This document shows, piece by piece, positions 26,501 through 34,685 of a stretch of 64,000 nucleotides of DNA. The stretch is from the NCBI GenBank assembly GCA_038231455.1, contig JBBRLI010000003.1, forward strand, positions 1-64,000, given 5' to 3'. The position numbers and the translations under genes are program-made. Source of the DNA: Vulcanimicrobiales bacterium (GTDB taxonomy: Bacteria; Vulcanimicrobiota; Vulcanimicrobiia; Vulcanimicrobiales; Vulcanimicrobiaceae). The notes below the pieces were generated by a model. That model had not been told where the DNA came from and searched no databases. It saw nothing but the letters and a program-made list of their open reading frames with translations. Positions within the stretch are counted from its first letter, which is position 1. The number at the start of each line of letters is the position of its first letter.

Positions 26501-27406
26501 GGTGCCAATGTCGCACAATTCAGTATTCAAATTCCGGGACTGGACAACGGCGGCTCAAATGCTATCGATACCGAGACGACACCCGTCCCCTGGACGTTGA
26601 CCACCACGCCGTCCTTTGCCGCAACCGGTTCGAGCGGGACCAACTACGGCTGTGTCTATAACCGATCGGCTTCAGCGACGACCGGCGGCGTGTCGGGCGG
26701 AATCCTCATCACCGGCTGTACCATTCCGGTCGGTGGCTGGGTCGATGTCGCCTTTGCGATGAAAGGCCCGTATAATGCGGGCGACAAGTACACGTTCACC
26801 TCGCAATATACGACGAAGGTGGCGAGTCCGTGCAGTACCACGGTGCCGTACCCGTGCGCCAACAACGGAGCGACGACCGAGCAATGGATCGGCGATCAGT
26901 CGATCACCAACGTTCTCGCCGCGAATCTGTCGATTGTCGTTAATCCCGGTGCGATTACCGGGTCCACGCCGGTCGTCGTTTGCGCCGGTTGCACGTTCAC
27001 CGCGAACTCGATCGATTTTGGGACGATTGTTTCGGATAACACAACGCACAACTACAGCGATGTCGTGCGTGTCGATCTCACCACCAATGCCTCGGCGCCG
27101 GAAGGCTGGAAGCTCTACGAATCCGTCGCTACCAACCCTACCAACGTCTCCGGCGCGCCGACAAACGAACTCCAGACGCTCTTCGATGCGACGCATTCCA
27201 ATCCGACGGGTGGTGCACTCACGTACACGACCGTCGCAACGGTCGTTCCGACCAGCGGCAATGGCGCGCTGATGGTTCAGACCGGTGGGACGAACGCGCA
27301 GCGAACCGCGTTCAATATGATCGATTCGTTCGCTCTGAACGTGGCCGCAGGCGATGCGCTGGGCGCACGCACACCCGCCGTCACCTTCTTATTTATCGCG
27401 AACTAA
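23552..27406 (+). CDS. Large Cys-rich beta-sandwich adhesin with C-terminal pilin-like domain
   Basis: TGATG-coupled, signal peptide, Thr/Ser/Gly/Asn-rich, many Cys, and a C-terminal domain IDFGTI...GWKLY...AVTFLFIAN. Confidence 0.7.
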   Translation: MRNLRIFLLVAIAFVASVLAAKATVQQIIVPARAVATATSAPLPSPSPGSILRTFSTPQPRASAEAVIPRPQPPRSSGRNTSGAVRYIHSATGSDIQITYVSGCGGGAYPGIVPVNCQITWKPINVSAPNGHDCFYAPFYNNAAAADGSANCQNGNSGVAHTITLFIQGTWILGSFNKVTNRWDELAFITVGTPPTIGTYDSSADTTPQSSFIANGSNTVYFAATGLITLDKIVFDISYASLKGNCVYMLGGVSADGYGGCNPFANPGVNAAGGQANASWTPPPGTPTGTYILTVTDISQGIRLASRQFSIVSSGTPPTVTFVPGGGNPSPAPAFTTPPSTDLGSYAYDGNDASTSKITVKTTAPLLTPTSTYIRTFSDPNGIINNNFGLTTNALTDGTGKIADATLTLAVAQTPLNFSTPTYTYSLLGPLATGPIVFANSFQILGYAMSTQFLNPQGTALTVGTGTATSSLQFTNTSDTVYGSGNGDLIQFMELKTAGDGSVISLNCGALCTSEIVSDSAGNLWTASVTLTGATYRLFLAPQANALPVGATLTVPNMTWTGPVTNCGVAGCKLTTSFVPQHGLTWTDTTKNASNPVYLVDNGAVSPSATGSIVLVGNEAHGYTPRSTQSFYEYAQPFAQTQQLSLKYTLTNVNSGGINLKAFRLTMPVGFLYSTMTVSAGGTAAWASDAASCSGLASNVFCFKSAAGIAAAVTDSVTFSVDAPKVAFSYTDVLGQVTSPGNYGITAANTPSQKTIEVGPSNPYLVDTTALGSYSLNATLMTFGVSSTGAGPTYAMTVNYTNTSSSADPFPDYVDALLLQVINGAGAFSAITTSSAGFTYEGPAQTNQGSAYLGGSNADDYWFGTCVAQRASAQPFFGNVTPCTLAQEQNSIAPGGALTINATYTDATGQSTAILWAHGANSNGWAAYYINLPLSGSAAYGGFQAVGTYGAPTTLSSGTVPTIGLDTDPTKGNSYVYRFNNQSGANVAQFSIQIPGLDNGGSNAIDTETTPVPWTLTTTPSFAATGSSGTNYGCVYNRSASATTGGVSGGILITGCTIPVGGWVDVAFAMKGPYNAGDKYTFTSQYTTKVASPCSTTVPYPCANNGATTEQWIGDQSITNVLAANLSIVVNPGAITGSTPVVVCAGCTFTANSIDFGTIVSDNTTHNYSDVVRVDLTTNASAPEGWKLYESVATNPTNVSGAPTNELQTLFDATHSNPTGGALTYTTVATVVPTSGNGALMVQTGGTNAQRTAFNMIDSFALNVAAGDALGARTPAVTFLFIAN

Positions 27407-28283
27407 CGCTAACGTAGACGTCTTCGAGTGAGACGGCGCGCGTTGAGACGGCGGAGGCACGGATGCCGCTCAGCCAGCCAACGACGACGTCGATCGCCGG
27501 TTGTCCGAGGACTCCGGCTTCGACGGTACGGTCCACGATTCGCGCGGTGGTGGCGTGATCGGCAAGCGACGAACGCGTGCCCTCGATGTCATCGGAGGCC
27601 ACCGTAATGACCGTATCGTACCCGAGCGCCGACTTCAATTCTTGCGGCGTGCCCTCTGTTGCGATTCGCCCTGCGACGAGGATGCCGACGCGATCGCAGA
27701 GACGGTCCGCTTCCTCGAGATAGTGCGTCGTGAGTAAGATCGTCGTGCCCCGGGCACGCGCGTCGCGCATCATGCGCCAAACACCGTCGCGCGCTTCGAT
27801 ATCGAGTCCGACGGTTGGTTCGTCGAGAATCAACAGCGGCGGATCGTGTGCGAGGGCGATACCCAAATTGAGTAGGCGACGTTGTCCTCCGGAGAGCACG
27901 CTTGCGAGTGCATCGTTTTGCCCCGCAAGTCCGATCGTCTCCAAAACCGCGTCTGCGCGACCGCGTGGGTTGCGGTCACCGTAGAGGTCGGCGAAAAATG
28001 CGATATTTTCGCGCGCTGTAAGGTCGGGATAGACGGCAATCTCTTGCGGCGCGTGACCGATCGAGCGGCGATTCGCGCGCGGCGGTTTCCCAAAGATCGC
28101 GATCGTACCGCCATCGGGTCGTGCCAAGCCAACGATCGTTTCGATCGTCGTCGTCTTCCCGGCGCCGTTTCGACCGATCAATCCGTACATCGTGCCAGAT
28201 TCGATTTGGAAACACAGATCTTCCAGCACACGTTTGCTATCGAACGAGCGTTGCAGGTGGTCGACGACCAGCGGCACTATCAT
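27393..28283 (-). CDS. ABC transporter ATP-binding protein (drug-exporter type)
   Basis: GRNGAGKTT, LSGGQRR, LILDEPTVGLD and TTHYLEEA. Start trimmed to ATG 28283. Confidence 0.92.
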   Translation of the reverse strand: MIVPLVVDHLQRSFDSKRVLEDLCFQIESGTMYGLIGRNGAGKTTTIETIVGLARPDGGTIAIFGKPPRANRRSIGHAPQEIAVYPDLTARENIAFFADLYGDRNPRGRADAVLETIGLAGQNDALASVLSGGQRRLLNLGIALAHDPPLLILDEPTVGLDIEARDGVWRMMRDARARGTTILLTTHYLEEADRLCDRVGILVAGRIATEGTPQELKSALGYDTVITVASDDIEGTRSSLADHATTARIVDRTVEAGVLGQPAIDVVVGWLSGIRASAVSTRAVSLEDVYVSVSSR

Positions 28284-29041
28284 ACGCGCTCCGCCGCTGC
28301 GATGCTGCGATACGAGAGCGCCGCAAGGACCGTCGCGCCCGCTGCGAAGAGCGTGAGGTAGAGAACGTCGCCGGCAATCGGTACGAACGTCGCCCGGTGC
28401 GCGGTTACGGCGGTCATCGCGCGGATCATGTGATAGATCGGCGTGGCTTCGGCGAAGCGCTGCATGAACGGCGGCATGATCGACACCGGGAAGAACGTGC
28501 CGGAAAGGCAGAGGAGCGGCACGCCGAACGCCGCAATCGGCGCTAGGATCTCGCCTTCGCGTCGGGAGAATGCGGCCGCACAAGCGATGCCCGCCGCGAC
28601 GTAGCACGCGATCGAGAGCACGAGGACCAAGATCGCTAGCGGGTAGTCGAAGCGCATGTTGCCGTGAAAGAAAATCGCTAGGCCGTACACGATGAGCGCC
28701 TGGATCGCCCCAACGATCACGTAGGTTCCAAGCGTGCCAAAAACAACGGCGATCGGTCCCGGCGGTGTGAGGAGAAGGCGTCGAAACGTACCGTTCTGCC
28801 GTTCGGCGACGACGGCCGTCGCCGGACCGCCGAGGCATGCGAAGAACAGCGCAGCGCCGACGAGAATCCCCGGCGGAATTGCATCGAACGGGATGTTTTT
28901 CGCAAATGCCGGCGCGGCATACATGGTGCCGAAGAGCACGAGCATCATTGCGGGAAAGGCAAACCAGAAAAGTAGCTCGCGTCGATTGCGCACGAGTTGC
29001 AGCAGCAGACGGCGCGTGCATGCAAGTGACGCGTGAATCAT
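28280..29041 (-). CDS. ABC-2 type permease
   Basis: Six TM segments, ERQNGTFRRLLLTP and LSGTFFPV. Confidence 0.9.
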   Translation of the reverse strand: MIHASLACTRRLLLQLVRNRRELLFWFAFPAMMLVLFGTMYAAPAFAKNIPFDAIPPGILVGAALFFACLGGPATAVVAERQNGTFRRLLLTPPGPIAVVFGTLGTYVIVGAIQALIVYGLAIFFHGNMRFDYPLAILVLVLSIACYVAAGIACAAAFSRREGEILAPIAAFGVPLLCLSGTFFPVSIMPPFMQRFAEATPIYHMIRAMTAVTAHRATFVPIAGDVLYLTLFAAGATVLAALSYRSIAAAERV

Positions 29042-29526
29042 TCGAGCGGCCGCATTGCCGCCATCGCAAGCACGACGAAGCCGATCAGCAGCGCTCCGCC
29101 GACGACGTAGGTCGACTGTTTATGGAGACCGTCATAGGCGATGTGGCGGGGATCGTCTTTGGGTAGCGTTGCATCGAGGGTCGCGCGTTCCATGCGCGGC
29201 TGGATCGCCTGCGCCTGAAATGCAACGAGCACGAGCATGGCGAGAACCAGTGCCGCGCGGGCGAAATCCGGGGCGCGTTCGGCGGCGCCGATGCTGCGCG
29301 CGAGGGCAGCCAGGATCGCGAGCGTCCCGCAGACGTAACCGACGATCGTGAGCGCGTGCAGATTGCCTGCGGTAAGGGAAGCAAAGAGCGGCAGATCGTG
29401 GACGGTGTGAAAGGCGATGGGTGCGAAAATGAGGGCAAAGGCCGCAAGGCCGCCAAGCCAGACCGTATACGCCCAGATTTCGATCACCGCTGCAATGCGC
29501 GGACCGATCGCTATCGTTCGTCTCAT
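29038..29526 (-). CDS. DUF4149-like membrane protein
   Basis: WLGGLAAFALIFAPIAF and IQPRME...YDGLHKQS, four TM segments. Confidence 0.75.
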   Translation of the reverse strand: MRRTIAIGPRIAAVIEIWAYTVWLGGLAAFALIFAPIAFHTVHDLPLFASLTAGNLHALTIVGYVCGTLAILAALARSIGAAERAPDFARAALVLAMLVLVAFQAQAIQPRMERATLDATLPKDDPRHIAYDGLHKQSTYVVGGALLIGFVVLAMAAMRPLE

Positions 29527-29552
29527 GCCTCACCGTTTGGCCAAGGAGAACC

Positions 29553-30317
29553 GTGGACCCGCTCAATTTTGCCGTCGCGCTCGCGCGCGATGCCGGAGCG
29601 CTCTTGCGCCGAAAGCTCGACGAGCCGCGCACGATTTCGGAGAAACGTCCGCACGACCTCGTGACCGACGCCGATGCCGCAAGCGAGGCACTCATCGTCG
29701 CGCGCATTCGTGCAGCCTTTCCCGCCGCGTCCATATTGGGCGAGGAAGGCGGCGAATATGCGGGGGACGCGACCGAGCGCTGGATCGTCGATCCGCTCGA
29801 TGGCACGACGAACTACGCGCACGGCTACCCGCTCTTTTGCGTCTCGATCGCCTACGAGCTTTACGGAGTGGTCGAGGCCGGGGTTGTTTATGCGCCGCAA
29901 TTCGATGAGTGTTACGCAGCGCGACGTGGCGACGGTGCGACGCTGAATGGGCGCGCGATTCGCGTTTCGTCGCGTCAGCGGGTCGGTGAGAGTTTAGTTT
30001 GCACGGGTTTCATGCCGGCGTCGTACGAACGCAACGGCCGCTATTTTGCGGCCGTCTCGCAGGTCGCTCAAGGCGTGCGGCGCGACGGTTCGGCCGCGTT
30101 GGATCTCGCGATGGTCGCGGCGGGCCGGTTCGATGCGTTTTGGGAACGCGACCTCAAAGCATGGGACGTTGCGGCCGGTTCCCTGATCGTTACCGAAGCC
30201 GGTGGGATGGTGAGCGCGATGGACGGCACGCAACTTGCGATCTCCGCAGGCTCGATCCTGGCAAGCAACGGCAGCGTGCACGATGAGATGCGCGCGCTGC
30301 TGGGATCCGTCGGCTAG
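29553..30317 (+). CDS. suhB: Inositol monophosphatase family protein
   Basis: DLVTDAD, ILGEEG, WIVDPLDGTTNY, GSAALDL and WDVAAG motifs. Confidence 0.9.
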   Translation: MDPLNFAVALARDAGALLRRKLDEPRTISEKRPHDLVTDADAASEALIVARIRAAFPAASILGEEGGEYAGDATERWIVDPLDGTTNYAHGYPLFCVSIAYELYGVVEAGVVYAPQFDECYAARRGDGATLNGRAIRVSSRQRVGESLVCTGFMPASYERNGRYFAAVSQVAQGVRRDGSAALDLAMVAAGRFDAFWERDLKAWDVAAGSLIVTEAGGMVSAMDGTQLAISAGSILASNGSVHDEMRALLGSVG

Positions 30318-31921
30318 TACGCAGCGTAGTACGCGTAGGTGAAGCGCTGCATCGTGCGCAGCGTTTCGATCGTCGTGATTGCGAGGAACGTGAAGATCCC
30401 CGCATCGAGTGCGAAGACGCACGATGCGGCCGGCTGGTGGAAGAAGACGACGGCGAAGGAGCCGAGCGTCACAACTCCGGCACCGGCGAGGCTCGCGTTG
30501 ACTGCAGCCGCCGGGCGGCTCAAGAAGAAGAGTAACTGACAGTTGAGTAAACCCAGCATCAAGAGGCCATAGCCGACGGTCGCGTAGCGCAGGACGAATG
30601 CTGCTTCGATCCCCGCCGCACCGCCAAGACCGAGCACGGTGTGTTCGAGAACGAAGACGCCGACGGTTTCGGCAAGGGCGACGGTGAGCGCGGTTGCTGC
30701 AAAGACGCCAAGGGCCCCGATCAAATAAAAACGCAGCATCGCGCGATCGAACGGCGCCCCCGCTTCGATACCGGAGGCCGCGCCTGCCAAGATGCGGCGC
30801 GGAAGATTTTCGAGCATTACATTAATGACGCCGACGACCGGCACGATTGCGACGAGCCCAAGATCGCAGCCAAGTTCGTATCCGGAACGGTACGAAAACG
30901 GAAACCCGTGGGTGAGACCCGCAGCGATGTGATCGATGACGATCATGAGGAAATACGCCGCCCCGAACACCGCATACGGCGCGGCAGCAGCCGCAATCGA
31001 ACGCGGTGTCGGCGGGACTAAATCGCGCGAACCGCCAGCGGCATTTGCGCGTCTTCGCATCCACACGACCGTGGCAAGCATGACCAGGCAGCCGATGGCG
31101 GCGATTTCGATCGCGAGCGTTGCGGGTTCGAACGGCAGCGAGACCTCGCGGTGAAAGAGCACGAGAAACGTGATGCCGGTGACGATCGCGGCGATGAGCG
31201 AAACGCCGATGATCCACGCAAACTTGCGCATCGTGTACAGCGGCGCAAGCGAGGTCTGAAAGATCCCCGAGCCAACGAAGAAACTTGCCGCAAGCCACGC
31301 ATCGGGATCGCCGTACATGGTACGCAGCACGAGCCACCCGATCACGCCGAGCACGACAAACGTCCCAACCGAGAGGGCGATAAAGCGATCGAGCGTCCAG
31401 AGCATCAGCGGTGCATTGTCTTGTAAGAAGTAAAACGTGAGCCGGCGCGCGATGGCTTGCGAAAACGCGCCGGAGAGTACCAGTGCGCCGTACACGCCAA
31501 GCGCGATCGCGGTTGCTAGGTGCAGCGGCGTCGAGAGACTCGACCACAGCGCCGCACCGAAGACCGCAAGTCCGATGACGGCGATGATCCACGGTCCGGA
31601 ATACAGCGCTCCAACCGCGTAATCGCGGCACGCGCGGGTGAACCAGTTCGTGTCGGTTTGTTCGCTGCGCTCTTGATCGCTGACATAGCGGTCGACGATC
31701 AGCGAGACGTCCGAGGCAAAAGCAAAGAGATTGGGATACCAGAGTTCCGCGACGATCTCCGGACTATAGCCCAGCGACTCTAAGAGAATCGCGACTTCGT
31801 CAACGCCTTTTGGGCGCCAGCCTCGGCCGAATTGATCGTCTCGACAGAGAGCGACGATGCTGCGCGCCGCCGATTCGATCTTTGCATCGCGATCCTCGAA
31901 CGCACCGAATCCCGCGGTCAT
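30314..31921 (-). CDS. PelG-like exopolysaccharide exporter (multi-TM)
   Basis: ATGA-coupled to PelF. About 12 TM segments, N-terminal EVAILLESLGY domain, C-terminal YAYYAAY. Confidence 0.65.
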   Translation of the reverse strand: MTAGFGAFEDRDAKIESAARSIVALCRDDQFGRGWRPKGVDEVAILLESLGYSPEIVAELWYPNLFAFASDVSLIVDRYVSDQERSEQTDTNWFTRACRDYAVGALYSGPWIIAVIGLAVFGAALWSSLSTPLHLATAIALGVYGALVLSGAFSQAIARRLTFYFLQDNAPLMLWTLDRFIALSVGTFVVLGVIGWLVLRTMYGDPDAWLAASFFVGSGIFQTSLAPLYTMRKFAWIIGVSLIAAIVTGITFLVLFHREVSLPFEPATLAIEIAAIGCLVMLATVVWMRRRANAAGGSRDLVPPTPRSIAAAAAPYAVFGAAYFLMIVIDHIAAGLTHGFPFSYRSGYELGCDLGLVAIVPVVGVINVMLENLPRRILAGAASGIEAGAPFDRAMLRFYLIGALGVFAATALTVALAETVGVFVLEHTVLGLGGAAGIEAAFVLRYATVGYGLLMLGLLNCQLLFFLSRPAAAVNASLAGAGVVTLGSFAVVFFHQPAASCVFALDAGIFTFLAITTIETLRTMQRFTYAYYAAY

Positions 31922-33372
31922 GCGACGAGCGACTTGCGCGCCGCGAGTTCGGCGAAAAGATCGTGGTAGATCGCGAGAAACTTCGACTGCGTGAAGTTGG
32001 CAAGCGCGAACGCGCGGCCGTCCTTCCCGAGCAAACGGGTTTGCGGCAGATCGGAAAGTAAATCGGCAATCGCAGTCCCCAAACGTTCGGGACGTTTGGG
32101 CGGAACGACGGCGCCATAGCGGTCGACCGCCTCGCGAATGCCGCCGACGTCGGTTGCGACCACGGGTTTCGCGCACATGAGCGCCTCGATGATCGAGAAC
32201 GGAAAGCCCTCGGAGATACTCGAGAGCGCGCACACGTGCGCATCGGAATACGCAGAAGCCGGGTCGCGCGTCGGTCCCATCAAGTGGACGGTCGCACTGA
32301 GGTCCAGGTCGGTGATGAGTTTCTCGCAGAGCGCGAGATAGTCGGCGTCGGGCGCGGGTCCCCAGATTTTATATTGGACGTTCGGAATGCGCGCGCGCAC
32401 GGTCGCTGCCGACGCAATCATAGTCGGCACGTCTTTGAGGGGGTCGATGCGTAAGACCGCGCTTACGGTCGGTACGTCGGGTGAGAGATCGCGGTCGGAG
32501 AAACGCGTTTCATCGACCCCGTTGTAAATCACGCGCACGCGATCTTCCGGGACGCCGTAGTAACGCTCCCACGTCGTATTGTAGTTGCAGACCGGGGCGA
32601 CCACATCGGAGACCGCGTACGTCGCGCGCGCGATCGCCGAGAACAGGTTCTTTTTGATGATGCGGTCGGAGAACGGAAAACCGGCGCGCGCGAGGGCGAG
32701 CACGCGCTCGCGCAAGTACACCCCGTGCTCGGTCAGCAAAACGGGCGTGTCGTTTACTTCCTTTGCCGCGATTGCCGCGATGCCGGTCAAGCCGGCAACC
32801 GAGGTATGATACACATCGCACACCGGGAGTTCGATTGCAAGTGGAATGAGATAGCGGTAGAGCGAGCGCACGAGTTCGATCGCTTCGAGCGAACTCATGA
32901 ATCGTGCGTGGAACGCCTGCGCGGCAAAAAGCTCCATTGCCATCTCCCAGGTCTCGGAGCGGCGCATCGTCCAATCGTAATCGTGCTCGCGAAAATAGCG
33001 GTAGAGATCACCAATCGTCGTGGTGAGAAGCTTGGGTTCGGCATGTTCGATGCCGCGCAGCATCTGTTCGAGAAACGTGCGGAAGAGCGGCACGAACGTT
33101 TTTCGGAGATCGCCGATGGAACGCGCGCGACGGCTGCCGCCAATGTCGCCCGCGTTGTATTCGGTAAGCCGCTCGTGTCCCCACAATGGTACGGCGAGCA
33201 GTCGCGAGACGTTTTTCGGCAACTGGTATTCGAGATGGCCGGTCGGATTGCCGACGATCGCGTAAATGACGAACTCCACGTCGGGCAAGCCGCGAACCAG
33301 ATCGTCGCACCACGTCGAGACACCGCCGCGCACGTACGGATACGTGCCTTCGGTGAGCAGACAGACGCGCAT
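31918..33372 (-). CDS. pelF: GT4 glycosyltransferase PelF (DUF3492)
   Basis: EGTYPYVRGGVSTW, LLTEHGVYLRER, IYNGVD, RIDPLKD and SSISEGFP motifs. Confidence 0.88.
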   Translation of the reverse strand: MRVCLLTEGTYPYVRGGVSTWCDDLVRGLPDVEFVIYAIVGNPTGHLEYQLPKNVSRLLAVPLWGHERLTEYNAGDIGGSRRARSIGDLRKTFVPLFRTFLEQMLRGIEHAEPKLLTTTIGDLYRYFREHDYDWTMRRSETWEMAMELFAAQAFHARFMSSLEAIELVRSLYRYLIPLAIELPVCDVYHTSVAGLTGIAAIAAKEVNDTPVLLTEHGVYLRERVLALARAGFPFSDRIIKKNLFSAIARATYAVSDVVAPVCNYNTTWERYYGVPEDRVRVIYNGVDETRFSDRDLSPDVPTVSAVLRIDPLKDVPTMIASAATVRARIPNVQYKIWGPAPDADYLALCEKLITDLDLSATVHLMGPTRDPASAYSDAHVCALSSISEGFPFSIIEALMCAKPVVATDVGGIREAVDRYGAVVPPKRPERLGTAIADLLSDLPQTRLLGKDGRAFALANFTQSKFLAIYHDLFAELAARKSLVA

Positions 33373-34685
33373 CAGGCGAGCGAGGGCGGACGGTCATCGG
33401 CAATCACCGACTCGTAACTATGGGCAAAGTCCGTCGCCTTTTTCGCGAGTTTTAAGTTGCCCGCGGTAAGGAAGCACCGTGCAGCGCCAAGGTAGCCGTC
33501 TTGAATGCCGCGTGTGTCGTTCGCGGTCTCCGCCCACGACAGATACATTTTCCCAGCCAACCGCAAGAGCTTATTCGACAGATCGAGATGTTGCATCTGG
33601 CCAGCGGCGATCGATGCGCTGCGATAGGCAATCGCCGCGCGCGGAAAGAGCTTCTGCGCATCGCAGCGTTCGGCTTCGTGTAGATAGAGAGCGAGCGCCT
33701 CGCGATGTTTGCCAAGTTGCGAGGCCTCCACGGCTTTCGACCAGACGTCTCCGGTGAAGAGGTCGCTTGGGAGGGGGGCGTCGTTCTTTGGCGTCGTCGC
33801 CTGGGCGGCGGGCGTCACGGTGGATGTCGCGGTCGTCGCGCCGACCGCGACATCTGCGACCGAAGCAGCAACTGGTTCGACGTCGGCGAGGAGTCTGCGC
33901 CAGCGCATTTGCTGTTCGACGCGCGCGACGAGTTCGCGGCTCTCGAACGGTTTGGTCAGAAAGTCTTGTGCGCCCGCTTCGAGTGCGGCGACTTTGTCAT
34001 CGACTTGTGATTGACTCGTGAGCATGACGACGGGGATATTGCGTGTGATCGGATCGGCTTTGAGTTTCGTGATGGTCTCGCGGCCGTCCATGATCGGCAT
34101 GACCCAATCGATGAGAATCAAATCGGGGGGCTGACGTTTCGCGCTCTCGAGCGCGAGTAAGCCGTTGGAAACGTCGTCGACATCGAAGCCGCGACGCGTG
34201 AGCAATAAGCGCAGTAGCGAGCGAATACCGGAGTCGTCGTCGGCGACGAGAATGCGGCCTTTGCTCGGACTCTCGAGTTCCGCAGTCGACCGCGTGAGCG
34301 CGAGCATGGTGGCGAACGCGACCGTATTGGTTTCCAGTTGTGCTGCAAGACCCGGCGAGAGTGCGCCGCTGCCGTACGTTTCGATGAAGCCGTAGCAAAC
34401 GCCATCGGCAAGAATCGGAAGACCGATGAACGCGCCGCCCGGCCGATCGCCTTCAAATCGCTGATCGCCCGCCGTCGCCGCGAGCATCAGTGCCCCCGGA
34501 TCGTTTGCCGCAAGACATTCCGCGACGGCGGCCTGGCGCATTCCGCCTGACTCCGGCGCGTTGCTTTGCGATGCAACGAGTGCCAGTCGGGCACCCGGCG
34601 GTTCGAAGAGCCAAATGCGAACGGCCGCAAGGCCGAAGCTGCGGACTAATTCACGTGCATGCTCGTTTACCGGCGTGTCGATCAT
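33372..34685 (-). CDS. GAF-REC response regulator with C-terminal TPR/SNAP-like helical domain
   Basis: ILVADDD, ILIDWVMP, MLTS and KPF receiver residues. GAF-like N-terminus, Ala/Thr linker, helical-repeat tail. Confidence 0.8.
   Translation of the reverse strand: MIDTPVNEHARELVRSFGLAAVRIWLFEPPGARLALVASQSNAPESGGMRQAAVAECLAANDPGALMLAATAGDQRFEGDRPGGAFIGLPILADGVCYGFIETYGSGALSPGLAAQLETNTVAFATMLALTRSTAELESPSKGRILVADDDSGIRSLLRLLLTRRGFDVDDVSNGLLALESAKRQPPDLILIDWVMPIMDGRETITKLKADPITRNIPVVMLTSQSQVDDKVAALEAGAQDFLTKPFESRELVARVEQQMRWRRLLADVEPVAASVADVAVGATTATSTVTPAAQATTPKNDAPLPSDLFTGDVWSKAVEASQLGKHREALALYLHEAERCDAQKLFPRAAIAYRSASIAAGQMQHLDLSNKLLRLAGKMYLSWAETANDTRGIQDGYLGAARCFLTAGNLKLAKKATDFAHSYESVIADDRPPSLA

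Noticed and set aside
28284-29069. Extended 558-aa ABC ATPase (apparent fusion)
   Set aside because: The extension overlaps the permease in another frame. The real start is the coupled ATG at 28283.
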